Part shown: positions 32,555-42,178 of the stretch, piece by piece | How positions within the stretch are numbered: position 1 is the first letter of the stretch | How the letters are laid out: every line of letters starts with the position of its first letter | Assembly (NCBI GenBank): GCA_003509785.1 | Contig: DOMY01000041.1 | Location: 13,480-57,279 of the forward strand | Source: Gemmobacter sp. | GTDB taxonomy: Bacteria; Pseudomonadota; Alphaproteobacteria; Rhodobacterales; Rhodobacteraceae | Reading direction: 5' to 3' | Length of the DNA: 43,800 nucleotides | Position numbers and translations under genes: made by a program | The notes under the pieces: model-generated | What the model saw: the letters and a program-made list of their open reading frames with translations, nothing else | What the model was told of the DNA's origin: nothing | Database searches by the model: none

Positions 32555-35478
32555 CCCACATCCTCCGGGCTGGCCTTGTCGGTCATTTCCCATTCACCGA
32601 AGCGGGCGAGGTGATCGTAATCGCCGGGAAAACGGCTTTCGAACACGGCGCGCCGGGCGGTATAGCCGGTGCTGCGCGTCAGATAGCGGTTGATCAGCCG
32701 ATGCAGATCTTCCCACACCTTGCCGGTGATCGCCTCTGCCATTTCCGCTGTCTCGATCTTGGGGTTGCTGCCCAGCCCGATATAGGAAATCCGCGCCACC
32801 TCGCGCGGGCCCAGCTGACGAAAACCGCCGCGTTCGGCCATGGCCGCGGCCAGCAGCAGTTGCTTGTCGAACTGTTCCTGCTGCTTTTTTGTCGGTGGCG
32901 TGCCGGTCTTGTAATCAAGGATATGAAGCCGCCCATCGGGAAGGGCATCAATCCGGTCGGGTGTGCCGTAAAGCTCGAAATCCAGCGGATCCAGTTTGAC
33001 CCGGCCGGTTTCCTCGATCCCAACAGCCGCACCACCCTCCATCTCGTCATGATCCAGAAAGAAATCCGCCGCGCGATCCAGTCTTGCCAGCCAGAGGGCA
33101 CGGGCGGCAGGCCAGGGCGCCTGTTCCTGCAACACCCGCTCTGCGATGCCGATCAGCCGAATTCGCGCCTCGGCCCGGGTTTCCTCGGGCCGTTCTTTCA
33201 CGAAGGTTTCCAGAATTTCATGTAGCAGCGATCCGCGTAGCCGTGCATCCGGGCTGCGGTGCAGCGGATCAAGCTTTTTCAACCGCAGGATATAGCGCGC
33301 ATAGATGGCGTAAGGATCGCGGATCAATGTTGCTACCCGCGTCAGTGCTAGTTCGCGTGGGCGATGCGCCACCGGCGGGCGTGGGGCCGGGCGTGTGGCG
33401 GGCGGCCTGGGAGCTTCGGGCCGCTCCAGAGCATCGGCCAGCTGCAGCCAGCGTGCGCCCTTTGCCCGCATGTCGGCCAGTGCCGAAGGCCCGCCCTGCT
33501 CCGGCAGCCCGCCCAGCAGGTTGACCAACCGGTTCAACCATCGCGATGGCACGGTTTCAGCATCGGCGTTGCGGTGCGCGCGGGTCAGGACGACTTCTGC
33601 CGCACCGATGGCCTGTTGGTAATCATGGGCCGAAAGCCCGATGCGGCGTTCGGGCAGCAACAGCCCGGCATCCTTGCGCATCCGCCGGTTCATCCAGGGA
33701 TCGGGCGGGGCGGCCTGGGGCCAGATGCCATCATTCAGCCCACCCAGAATGACCAGATCGGCACCTTGCACCCGTGCCTCCAGCGTGCCCCAGATCATCA
33801 GGCGTGGGTGGCCAGTCACTTCGTCGCGCACCTCACCGCGGTTCAGGATCGCGTCGATCAGGTTGCGATAATCAGTCAGCCGGAAGGTGCCGCCCGCCTC
33901 AGCCTCGGCGGCAAGGCTTGTCACGGCGGCCAAAGCTGCCTCACCGGCGGGTTTCAGCCATAGCTCGCCACTGTCCTCGCCCCAGGGGCCGCGGGCCAGA
34001 GCCTCTGTGATCGCCAGATGACGGGCCAGCAAGTCGGGCAATGGCGCCGAATCCAGTGCTTCCAGCCCGTCAAGCGTTGCAACAATCCACTCGACCCAAG
34101 GCACAGCCTGCTCGTCTTTCTGCGCTCCGGCCCAGTGGCGCAGGCTGTCGGGATCGGGGAAGGGCGGGCCGTATTTGCGCAGCCGCAGTTCCAGATCGCG
34201 GGTCAGTTTCAGATGTGGGCCACGATCGGCTGCACTGGCGACCAGCGGATGTTTCAGCACCGTCAGCAACGCCTCAGAGGTGAGCGTTTCGCCCATCAGT
34301 CGCGCAACATGCCGCAACAGCCTCCCCGGGGCAGAAAGTGCCAGGGGTTTGCCTGCAGAATCATCGGGCAGGATACCCCAGCGATCCAGCGCCGCCGACA
34401 CCTGCCGCGTCAGCCCGCGATCGGGGGTGATCAGGGCTGCCACACGGTCTCCTTCTGCTGCTTCACGCAAGATGAGGGCGATTGCCAGAGCTTCGTCGCG
34501 CGGGCTGTCAGCCTCGATTAAGGTCATGTCCCTGGTGGCCGCAGGAATATCTGTCAGCATCTGGCCTTCGGTCAGCCATTGATCCGTGACCGGGGCGGGC
34601 CGCAAGGATAGTGATACAAGCCGGTTGCGCGACGGGCAGGGCCCTTTGGTTGCTGTCCATCGCGCGATCTGTTCGGGGCGCAGGTCCAGCACTTCCATGA
34701 GCCGACGGAAGCGGTACTGCGGGTGATCCTCGGCTGTCAGTGAATCTGCCATGGTCTGCCAGATTGGCGGGGGCATGTCGAAATCATAGCCGGGCAGCAC
34801 CAATGCACCCTGAGGCAGCGCCGCCACCGCCTGCATGAAGCGCAGCGTCGTCCCGCGTGATGCGGTGGACCCCGCGACGATCACCGGTCCCTGTGGCGGA
34901 TTGGCAGCCCAGCGGGCGGCCAAAGCCTCCACCACCCGACGTTGTCGTGCTTCTGGATCTGGGGCTGCATCGCTGCCAAAGAAGGGGGCCACGATCTGCA
35001 TGAAGGCCTGCGTGCGAGTCCAATGGGCGGAATGGTTTGAAACATCAAGGCCTGCGATGACGTCGGGAGAAACGCCTTCACCCTGCATTTCATCCATCAG
35101 TGTCGCCAGACTGTCGGCCAGATCGTAAAGCGCGGTGCGCGGCGCCAAATCCGGTTGCGCCTCAAGCAGCCGCGCTACCAATTGCACCAGTTCCAGCCGT
35201 CGACGAAGCGGCGGCACAGCAGCGGGAATGCCCTCGATGGCCGCTTCAAGCGCGAGATCTGTGACAAGGCGGATGCGAGGCAACAGCATTGCGCCTTGCG
35301 CGGTAAACAGATCCACGATCCGCCGCCGCATCCGCTGCGTGTTCACGAACAGCTGCACCCTCGCCATGGCTTCTGGCGGCTGGCCCTGCATACGGTTTCG
35401 CAGGCCATGCACCAGTTCTGCCGGGAAATCAGCACCAGAAGGCAGTGCAAAAACACGGGGGGATGCGGGATCAAACAT
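32551..35478 (-). CDS. addB: Double-strand break repair protein AddB
   Basis: AGSTAS, EDHPQY, DDSAGKPL, GTLEAR, RDPYAIYA, DRID..LDYKTG, YDHLAR. Confidence 0.96.
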   Translation of the reverse strand: MFDPASPRVFALPSGADFPAELVHGLRNRMQGQPPEAMARVQLFVNTQRMRRRIVDLFTAQGAMLLPRIRLVTDLALEAAIEGIPAAVPPLRRRLELVQLVARLLEAQPDLAPRTALYDLADSLATLMDEMQGEGVSPDVIAGLDVSNHSAHWTRTQAFMQIVAPFFGSDAAPDPEARQRRVVEALAARWAANPPQGPVIVAGSTASRGTTLRFMQAVAALPQGALVLPGYDFDMPPPIWQTMADSLTAEDHPQYRFRRLMEVLDLRPEQIARWTATKGPCPSRNRLVSLSLRPAPVTDQWLTEGQMLTDIPAATRDMTLIEADSPRDEALAIALILREAAEGDRVAALITPDRGLTRQVSAALDRWGILPDDSAGKPLALSAPGRLLRHVARLMGETLTSEALLTVLKHPLVASAADRGPHLKLTRDLELRLRKYGPPFPDPDSLRHWAGAQKDEQAVPWVEWIVATLDGLEALDSAPLPDLLARHLAITEALARGPWGEDSGELWLKPAGEAALAAVTSLAAEAEAGGTFRLTDYRNLIDAILNRGEVRDEVTGHPRLMIWGTLEARVQGADLVILGGLNDGIWPQAAPPDPWMNRRMRKDAGLLLPERRIGLSAHDYQQAIGAAEVVLTRAHRNADAETVPSRWLNRLVNLLGGLPEQGGPSALADMRAKGARWLQLADALERPEAPRPPATRPAPRPPVAHRPRELALTRVATLIRDPYAIYARYILRLKKLDPLHRSPDARLRGSLLHEILETFVKERPEETRAEARIRLIGIAERVLQEQAPWPAARALWLARLDRAADFFLDHDEMEGGAAVGIEETGRVKLDPLDFELYGTPDRIDALPDGRLHILDYKTGTPPTKKQQEQFDKQLLLAAAMAERGGFRQLGPREVARISYIGLGSNPKIETAEMAEAITGKVWEDLHRLINRYLTRSTGYTARRAVFESRFPGDYDHLARFGEWEMTDKASPEDVG

Positions 35479-36163
35479 CTGCCAGCATCGCCTCTGCTTC
35501 AGCAATGCCCTCAGGACGGCCGACATCGCACCAGCCACCCTGATGCACCAGACCATAGGCCCGTCCTCGCGCAATCGCCTGATCCCACAACAGGTTCAAT
35601 GAGAATACGCGTTCCGAAATATCTGCCAGCCCATCAGTCTTCAGGATCTGTGCACCCAGATAGGCCAGCCCTGTGGCACCCTTGGCCCGGCTGATCCGCC
35701 CATCTGCATCCAGCAGAAAATCCCCCAGGCCCCAAAACCCGCGTGCCTCTGTGGCTGGCAGCAGCAGCAGCAGCGCATCCATCCGCTCTGGTTGCCATGC
35801 TGCAGCCAGTTCGCCGAGAGGGTTCAGCCCCGTCCAGACGGCATCGGTGTTCAAGGTGAAAACAGGTTCAGTCCCTAGCAGCGGCAATGCTGCGCGCAAC
35901 CCGCCGCCCGTTTCCAGAATTTCTTCACTTTCATCAGAAATAAGCACCCCCCCGGCCAGATGGGCGCGGATCATGTGGGGCAGATAATGCACATTCGCCA
36001 CGATACGGTGCAGCGCCAGCCCCTCTGTCAGTGCCAGCGCGTGGTCAATCAGCGGTTTTCCCGCCACTGCGATTAACGGCTTCGGGCATTCGGCGGTCAA
36101 TGTGCCCATTCGTGTGCCAAAACCTGCCGCGAACAGCATCAGAGCGCGTGGGGTGTGGGGCAT
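35471..36163 (-). CDS. murU: Nucleotidyltransferase, probable MurNAc-alpha-1-phosphate uridylyltransferase
   Basis: FAAGFGTRM, PKPL, LETGGG, WCDVG; lies directly after the amgK-like kinase. Confidence 0.85.
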   Translation of the reverse strand: MPHTPRALMLFAAGFGTRMGTLTAECPKPLIAVAGKPLIDHALALTEGLALHRIVANVHYLPHMIRAHLAGGVLISDESEEILETGGGLRAALPLLGTEPVFTLNTDAVWTGLNPLGELAAAWQPERMDALLLLLPATEARGFWGLGDFLLDADGRISRAKGATGLAYLGAQILKTDGLADISERVFSLNLLWDQAIARGRAYGLVHQGGWCDVGRPEGIAEAEAMLADV

Positions 36164-37155
36164 TGCGCGGCAATCCTTGAAAGTCGTTCGGGCGTTGGCT
36201 CGGGAAGCAGCGCCATGCAGATATTGGAAAGCGATGCCAAAGCGGGATGCGAGAGATTGCGTTGCAGCTGGCCCCAAACCCTCGGGATCAACGCCAGATA
36301 GCCTGGCTTTCCGGCATGAAGGCAAAGCCGGGCGAAAATGCCCAGAATTCTGAGACTGCGCTGGGCACCCAGCACGGCGTAAGCGGTCTGGAAGGTTGAT
36401 TCATCATCGCCGCGTGCCGCGCAAAAGTGGCGACAGATCGCAGCTTCCGTAAGGGGCGATACATCGCGGCGCGCATCTTGTAACAGCGACACAAGATCAT
36501 AGCCAGGCTGCCCCATCTGGCCCAGTTGGAAGTCCAGAAGGCCGACACGCGCCCGCCCCAGCCGGTCCGGCAGCCAGAGCAGATTTTCAGCGTGGTAATC
36601 CCGCAGGATCAAGACCCGAGGGCCGTCTGCATGGCGGCTGATGAGTGTGGAAAGACATTCGACAAAGGGTGCAGTATCCACCCGGTCGCCTGTTATCGAA
36701 AAGCGATACCAATCAAGGGCGAAGGCCGCCGCATCGGCCCAATCCTTGGCAGAAAGATCGGGTAGAGCTTTTGGTGCAGGTGCAGTTTGAAGATGCAGCA
36801 GAACATCGGCTGCTGCCGTATAAAGCCTGTTTTCGGCCATGGGATCGGCAGAAAGAACGCGGGCGAAGATAGCATCTCCCAGATCTTCCAGAAGCAAAAA
36901 GCCATGCTCCAGATCCTCTGCCAGCGCTTCAGGTGCTGAAAGCCCCAATTTGTGCAGATGTCTTGCGATATGCAGAAAATCGGCAGGATCATCCCCTTTG
37001 CCAGGTGGGGCATCCATCAAAACCGCAGTTTTCCCCTTGTGCGTCAGACGATCATAGCTTCGATCCGAAGCATCACCTGCCAACAGCCGTGATGTGGCAT
37101 CACCCCAACCGGCGCGCTTCAGGAAGCTTGCCTTCATTTCGGAACGATGATTCAT
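36139..37155 (-). CDS. amgK: Aminoglycoside-phosphotransferase-fold kinase, probable anomeric MurNAc/GlcNAc kinase
   Basis: LAGDASDRSY, LMDAPP, LLEDLG, RDYHAENL, LDFQ, YDLVSLLQDAR, ILGIFARL; tsaE-amgK-murU synteny. Confidence 0.85.
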   Translation of the reverse strand: MNHRSEMKASFLKRAGWGDATSRLLAGDASDRSYDRLTHKGKTAVLMDAPPGKGDDPADFLHIARHLHKLGLSAPEALAEDLEHGFLLLEDLGDAIFARVLSADPMAENRLYTAAADVLLHLQTAPAPKALPDLSAKDWADAAAFALDWYRFSITGDRVDTAPFVECLSTLISRHADGPRVLILRDYHAENLLWLPDRLGRARVGLLDFQLGQMGQPGYDLVSLLQDARRDVSPLTEAAICRHFCAARGDDESTFQTAYAVLGAQRSLRILGIFARLCLHAGKPGYLALIPRVWGQLQRNLSHPALASLSNICMALLPEPTPERLSRIAAQCPTPHAL

Positions 37156-37631
37156 TTATCTATCCAGTCTTGCCGCAGCGCCTGCAACAGGGTGCAATTC
37201 TGTGGGCCGGTGATCTGAACCCTGCGGCCCTCACCAACTGACGTGATTAAGATGTGTATTGCATCCAAGGGTGTCAGATCGCCCAGCCTGTCAGGCCATT
37301 CAACAAGACATATCGAGTCGTTGAAAGCGGCTTCCAGACCCAGTTCAATGACGTCATCAGGATGGCCAAGGCGATAGAGATCTGCGTGCCAGATGTCGAC
37401 GCTGGGTGTTTCATAGGTTTGCACCAAGGTGAAAGTTGGGGAAGGCACATCGGTCTCTTCACCCAGCAATGCCCTCAAGAAGGCCCGGCAAAAATGCGTC
37501 TTGCCCGCGCCGATACTGCCGGACAACAACAGCACGGTCCCGGCTCTTGCATGCTGCGCAAACCATTGGCCCAATCGGGCTGTTGCCGTTTCATCCGGCA
37601 GAAGAAAAGAAAGATCGGCATCTGCTGACAT
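37152..37631 (-). CDS. tsaE: tRNA threonylcarbamoyladenosine biosynthesis ATPase TsaE
   Basis: GSIGAGKT, SPTFTLVQTY, HADLYRL, VEWP. Confidence 0.96.
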   Translation of the reverse strand: MSADADLSFLLPDETATARLGQWFAQHARAGTVLLLSGSIGAGKTHFCRAFLRALLGEETDVPSPTFTLVQTYETPSVDIWHADLYRLGHPDDVIELGLEAAFNDSICLVEWPDRLGDLTPLDAIHILITSVGEGRRVQITGPQNCTLLQALRQDWIDK

Positions 37632-37671
37632 GCCTGCAGTCTTACTTTGCCAAGCGCTGGCTGCAAGCCTG

Positions 37672-39243
37672 TCAGGCGCGCATAAGGGACTGGGAGCCAT
37701 CGCTGATTTCTGCCCCCGGGCTGACAATCTTGAACCGGGCAAGGGTCGATCCACCGGCAAGTGTGGAAAAACAACAGTCCAGCAATCTGCCATCCAGAAG
37801 GCGCACCTCGCCGGTTACCGCAGTGCGCGCCTCTGTCTCTGCCGCGAAACGTTCGCTTTCAGCCCAAAGTGTGCTTGGCCCTGTGCGGCTACGCCAGTGA
37901 TCACATAATACAGTAAACGAACCAGCGCCTAGGCTGGCTGCCGGTTCATGTGACCACAGTTGGTTATAGGCTGCATTCGTCATCACAAGCAGGCCGGCCG
38001 GAGAAAAGACGGCCAGCGCCTGATCGACAGAATCAACAACAGACTGGCTCAACTCCAGATCTGCGCGATAGCGCCGCATCTGGGACACTTCGGTGGAAAT
38101 ATCCTCAAACATCAGTGCGAGTGCACCATTCGGATGCGGACGGCCAATGATCCGGTAAGTCTGGCCACTGGGTAGCGCCCATGTTTCCTCAAAGTGGCCT
38201 GAGGAGGCCGCTCTTTCAATCTCTGCCATCTGCTTGCGCCAAGCGTGGTAATCTTTCGGCTCTGGTATCATGTTCCGGTCGCGCATTGCATCCAGCAGGG
38301 CGAACAGGGTTGGCCGCATCGAAAGAAAATCAGGGGGCAGGCCTGACAGATCCAGCATTGCTGGATTGAACAGGGCCAGTTGGCGCTGCCTGTCAAAGAT
38401 TGCCAGTCCGATGGGCAAGTGGGCGAAAGTCTTGGTCAAGGTCTGTGTGAAATCGCGCAATGCGGTTTCAGCCTGAACCAGCGCATTGACTGGCTGCCCT
38501 ATGAACAGCCGCCCTGCCTCGGAATCCTGGCACAGGATGTCGAACCAGATGTCGGGCTGATCGGCTTGGGTCAGGCGCAGCCGTTGCCCTGAAATACCTT
38601 GCATGGAGGCGATCTTGTCGAACAGACGGGGCAGGGGCCATGACAGATCCTGCCCGGGCCTCAGCCTGTCGATGGCATGATCCAGATAGGCGGAATTGGC
38701 CCAGATCACCTCGCCTTCAGGCCCTTCGCGCCAGATGATCGAAGGGATGCGCACCATGATATCGCGCAATTGGGCAAGCTCATCCTGCACAGCTTTTTCA
38801 GTTACAATATCGTGCCCTGGCGCAGCAGTTTGCTCCTCTGGGTCCAGCAGTGTGATCCGGGTCAGGCCTCCGCGCGACTCTGCCTTCAGCACCAGGGCAG
38901 GGTTCATTTCGTCTCCGGTGGCCAACATCAGTCGGCCTTCGTGCTGCAGGCGCATCAACTGTGTTTCAAAGTCTGGGAAGCGGGGGGTGAGATAAGCCTG
39001 CAGTCGCATCCATGGCGTGCCGTTCAACCCGATGAGCGCCAGAAGCGCGCGCGCTGCAGGTGTTGAGTCGATCAGGATTTCGCCATCAAACAGGAAGGTC
39101 GTTCCACCATAGGTGTCTGAAAAAATCGCCTCGCGTTGTCGCGCAGAGTTGCGATGCAATGCCGCAAGCAGAAAGGCACCAAAAGTTGCAGCAAGAAAGG
39201 AGATAACCAAAAGCGTTCCGGCTTGGGCCAGATCAATATCCAT
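37672..39243 (-). CDS. divL: Membrane-anchored multi-PAS protein, Rhodobacteraceae truncated DivL-like (no kinase domain)
   Basis: N-terminal TM, WANSAY, LTKTFAHLPIGLAIFD..LFNPA, PHPNGALALMFEDIS; position between regB and tsaE; CtrA box upstream. Confidence 0.8.
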   Translation of the reverse strand: MDIDLAQAGTLLVISFLAATFGAFLLAALHRNSARQREAIFSDTYGGTTFLFDGEILIDSTPAARALLALIGLNGTPWMRLQAYLTPRFPDFETQLMRLQHEGRLMLATGDEMNPALVLKAESRGGLTRITLLDPEEQTAAPGHDIVTEKAVQDELAQLRDIMVRIPSIIWREGPEGEVIWANSAYLDHAIDRLRPGQDLSWPLPRLFDKIASMQGISGQRLRLTQADQPDIWFDILCQDSEAGRLFIGQPVNALVQAETALRDFTQTLTKTFAHLPIGLAIFDRQRQLALFNPAMLDLSGLPPDFLSMRPTLFALLDAMRDRNMIPEPKDYHAWRKQMAEIERAASSGHFEETWALPSGQTYRIIGRPHPNGALALMFEDISTEVSQMRRYRADLELSQSVVDSVDQALAVFSPAGLLVMTNAAYNQLWSHEPAASLGAGSFTVLCDHWRSRTGPSTLWAESERFAAETEARTAVTGEVRLLDGRLLDCCFSTLAGGSTLARFKIVSPGAEISDGSQSLMRA

Positions 39244-39296
39244 CCGAATCTCCCAAAACGTATAACCATTGCCCCAGGCAACCCTGAGGAGAGAAG

Positions 39297-39312
39297 GTTA
39301 AGACTGAGTTAA
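39297..39312 (-). promoter_or_regulatory. CtrA full binding site
   Basis: Minus strand TTAA-CTCAGTC-TTAAC, exact TTAA-N7-TTAAC, 53 bp upstream of the divL-like ATG; GANTC at 39246. Confidence 0.88.
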
Positions 39313-39377
39313 ATTCTGGGCGCCTTGGCGGCGGCTATTCGTCATGATCCAACGTTTCAGGGTGGATTTCAGTATTC

Positions 39378-40721
39378 TCAGAGGTTTGGCGTGTTTTCTC
39401 CCAAGGCGCCCGCCGGAGCCTCGATCCTGCGCCGCGGCCAGCGCACATCGACGATAGCCCCAGACCTGTCAGGCTGATTCCCCGGGCCTGCATTGGCAAA
39501 GACGAGGGTGGCGCCAGTGCGTTCCAGCAGGGTCTTGGCAATGAAAAGGCCAAGTCCCATCCCCTCGTAACCTGGGCGCTGTGCTGTTTCTGGCTGTGTC
39601 TTGCGGCTGCGCATGAAGGGATCGCCGATCCGGCCCAGGATTTGCGGGGGATATCCTGCGCCGTCATCCACAATACGGATCCGGATTGTCGTCGCAGTCC
39701 ATCCATATTCGGCCCAGACTGTGCCATGCGCGAAGTCGACTGCATTCTGGATCAGATTTCGCAGGCCGTGGATGATCTCGGGTTGGCGAAGGATCAGCGG
39801 TTCCCGCAAATCTTCATCCATCTGAAGTGCCGTGAAGTGCACCATTTTGCCGCGGCCGATATGGGGTTCTGCCGCCTCACGCAGTACTACGGTCAGCGGT
39901 GCTTGTTGCATCTGCTTGTCGTCCTTGCCGGCCCGCCCCATGGACCGCAGTATGTCACGGCAGCGATCTGCCTGATCTCGGATCAGCTGCGCATCTGCAT
40001 GCAGATCTGGGTCATCCTCCAGTTCCTCCATCAGCTCGGCGCTGACCAGTTTTATGGTCGCCAAAGGCGAACCAAGCTCATGCGCAGCAGCCGCAACCAC
40101 ACCCCCCAGATCGGTCAGCTTCTGCTCGCGGGCCAGCGCCATCTGCGTGGCCAGAAGCGCATTCTGCATCGACTGCATCTCGCTTGCCACGCGCTGGGCA
40201 TAGCTGCCTACGAAGCCAATGCCGATCACCACTGCCAGCCAGAAACCGATGGCAAACAGCGCTGGTACATCAAAGGGCGTGCCATCCGGCAAGATCATGG
40301 CAATGTTGAACCGGGCCAACAAAGTGACGAATACCACCGCTGTTGCGCCCAGGATCAGCGTTGCCCGTCCGGACAAAGCCGTTGCTGAAACCGCAACCGG
40401 CGCAAGGATCAGCAGCGCGAAGGGGTTGGTCATCCCGCCGGTCAGGAACAGAAGAACCGAAAGTTGCGCAAGATCGAACAGCAGTGTGAAGAAAACCTGC
40501 TGCTCGGTCAGGCGGGTGTTTTCTGGAAAGACGAAGACCGAAACCAGATTGGCAATGACCGAAGTGCCCACAACAAGGTAACACAGGCCGAAGGGAAACC
40601 CGATCTGCAGATGGAATTCGGCGACCGCAAGTGCGACAATCTGACCTGTGATGGCTGCCCATCGCAGCAGGATAAGCGTGCGCAGACGCAGGAAATCAGT
40701 TCTGGACTGTGATATGGCCAT
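39378..40721 (-). CDS. regB: Redox-sensing histidine kinase RegB/PrrB
   Basis: Six TM-like segments, GGMTNPF quinone motif, AAAAHELGSPL H-box, QADRCRDIL redox Cys, NLIQNA, GMGLGLFI. Confidence 0.96.
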   Translation of the reverse strand: MAISQSRTDFLRLRTLILLRWAAITGQIVALAVAEFHLQIGFPFGLCYLVVGTSVIANLVSVFVFPENTRLTEQQVFFTLLFDLAQLSVLLFLTGGMTNPFALLILAPVAVSATALSGRATLILGATAVVFVTLLARFNIAMILPDGTPFDVPALFAIGFWLAVVIGIGFVGSYAQRVASEMQSMQNALLATQMALAREQKLTDLGGVVAAAAHELGSPLATIKLVSAELMEELEDDPDLHADAQLIRDQADRCRDILRSMGRAGKDDKQMQQAPLTVVLREAAEPHIGRGKMVHFTALQMDEDLREPLILRQPEIIHGLRNLIQNAVDFAHGTVWAEYGWTATTIRIRIVDDGAGYPPQILGRIGDPFMRSRKTQPETAQRPGYEGMGLGLFIAKTLLERTGATLVFANAGPGNQPDRSGAIVDVRWPRRRIEAPAGALGENTPNL

Positions 40722-40823
40722 GATCGGAATGAGTTGCCGCCACTCTGTTGTTAAGCGATTTAGGCATTGTTATGTGCGTCAGCTTGCAGGATCAATGCGG
40801 CGTTGTGAAAGAGGATATTCGTG

Positions 40824-41456
40824 ATGGCGAAGATTTATGCAGGACTGGCAGTTGCCGCCGTGATCGGTCTGGTGGGCGGCAGTGCGCTTTGGGTGATGCA
40901 GGGCAACTCTGGTGATCCCTTCGCCGCTTGCCATGCAGGCGCCGTTGGTGGCGGTGATATCGGTGGCCCGTTCACCTTGGTCGATGAAACCGGCGCGACA
41001 GTGACGGACAAGGACGTGCTGACCAAGCCCACGCTGGTCTATTTTGGTTACACATTTTGCCCTGACGTCTGCCCGCTGGACAATGCCCGCAACGCCGAGG
41101 CCGTGGATATTCTGGAAGAGCGTGGCTATGACGTGACGCCGCTTTTCATCTCGATCGACCCGAAACGGGATACGCCCGAGGTTCTGGCAGATTTTACCGA
41201 CAACCTGCACCCCCGGATGGTCGGCCTGACCGGCAGCGATGCACAGGTGAAGGCGGCCTCACTGGCGTACAAGACCTATTTCAAGGCGCAGCCCGCGGAT
41301 GACGAATTCTACCTCGTCGATCACTCGACATTCACCTATCTGATGATGCCCGGCAGCGGCTTTGCCGATTTTTTCAAGCGTGAAGCTACAGCCGAGGAAA
41401 TGGCAGAACGCACGGCCTGTTTCGTGGATGTTGCGCGCGGAATCGGTCAAAATTGA
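40824..41456 (+). CDS. senC: SCO family copper chaperone SenC/PrrC
   Basis: IGGPFTL, YFGYTFCPDVCP, ISIDPKRD, VDHS; between regB and regA. Confidence 0.95.
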   Translation: MAKIYAGLAVAAVIGLVGGSALWVMQGNSGDPFAACHAGAVGGGDIGGPFTLVDETGATVTDKDVLTKPTLVYFGYTFCPDVCPLDNARNAEAVDILEERGYDVTPLFISIDPKRDTPEVLADFTDNLHPRMVGLTGSDAQVKAASLAYKTYFKAQPADDEFYLVDHSTFTYLMMPGSGFADFFKREATAEEMAERTACFVDVARGIGQN

Positions 41457-41513
41457 CCTTCCGGGTGAACCGCCCTAGGTTCGCATGAAAGACGCGCAAC
41501 AAAGGACGTGGCT

Positions 41514-42068
41514 ATGATTGAAGATCTTGGGGCCGAACTTGGGGCCGATCGTTCCTTGCTGCTTGTAGATGATGATGAGCCATTTGTGAAACGCCTGGCC
41601 AAGGCGATGGAAAAGCGTGGCTTTCTGCCTGAAACGGCGGAAAGCGTTGCGGCAGGTAAAGCCATCGCCATGTCACGTCCGCCCGCCTATGCGGTGGTGG
41701 ACCTGCGGTTGGAAGATGGCAATGGGCTGGATGTGGTCGAGGTGTTGCGCGAGCGGCGGCCCGATTGTCGCATCGTGGTTCTGACCGGTTATGGTGCGAT
41801 TGCGACAGCTGTGGCTGCGGTGAAGATTGGTGCAACGGATTATCTTTCGAAGCCGGCGGATGCGAATGAAGTGACCAATGCCCTGCTGTCGCGCGGGGAT
41901 CATCTGCCGCAACCGCCGGAAAATCCGATGTCCGCAGATCGCGTGCGATGGGAGCATATCCAGCGCGTCTATGAAATGTGTGACCGCAATGTTTCTGAAA
42001 CGGCGCGCCGTCTCAACATGCACCGGAGAACGTTGCAGCGTATTCTTGCGAAGCGTAGCCCTAAATAG
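41514..42068 (+). CDS. regA: Response regulator RegA/PrrA (184 aa)
   Basis: LLLVDDD, VVDLRL, PPENPMSADRVRWEHIQRV, NVSETARRLNMHRRTLQRILAKRSP; AAGGA SD before ATG 41514. Confidence 0.98.
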   Translation: MIEDLGAELGADRSLLLVDDDEPFVKRLAKAMEKRGFLPETAESVAAGKAIAMSRPPAYAVVDLRLEDGNGLDVVEVLRERRPDCRIVVLTGYGAIATAVAAVKIGATDYLSKPADANEVTNALLSRGDHLPQPPENPMSADRVRWEHIQRVYEMCDRNVSETARRLNMHRRTLQRILAKRSPK

Positions 42069-42178
42069 TTGTCGGATTTCAAAGGCTGGTCTATAGATTT
42101 GGCCAAGGCACGGTCATAACCGAATGCCGCAATGAACTATTCGGTCAAAACCGAATTGCTGCAAAAGGGATGCCAGAT

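Noticed and set aside
40722-40820. RegA binding sites in the regB-senC spacer
   Set aside because: GCGNC-like half-sites are present but I cannot pair them convincingly; the motif is too degenerate to call by eye
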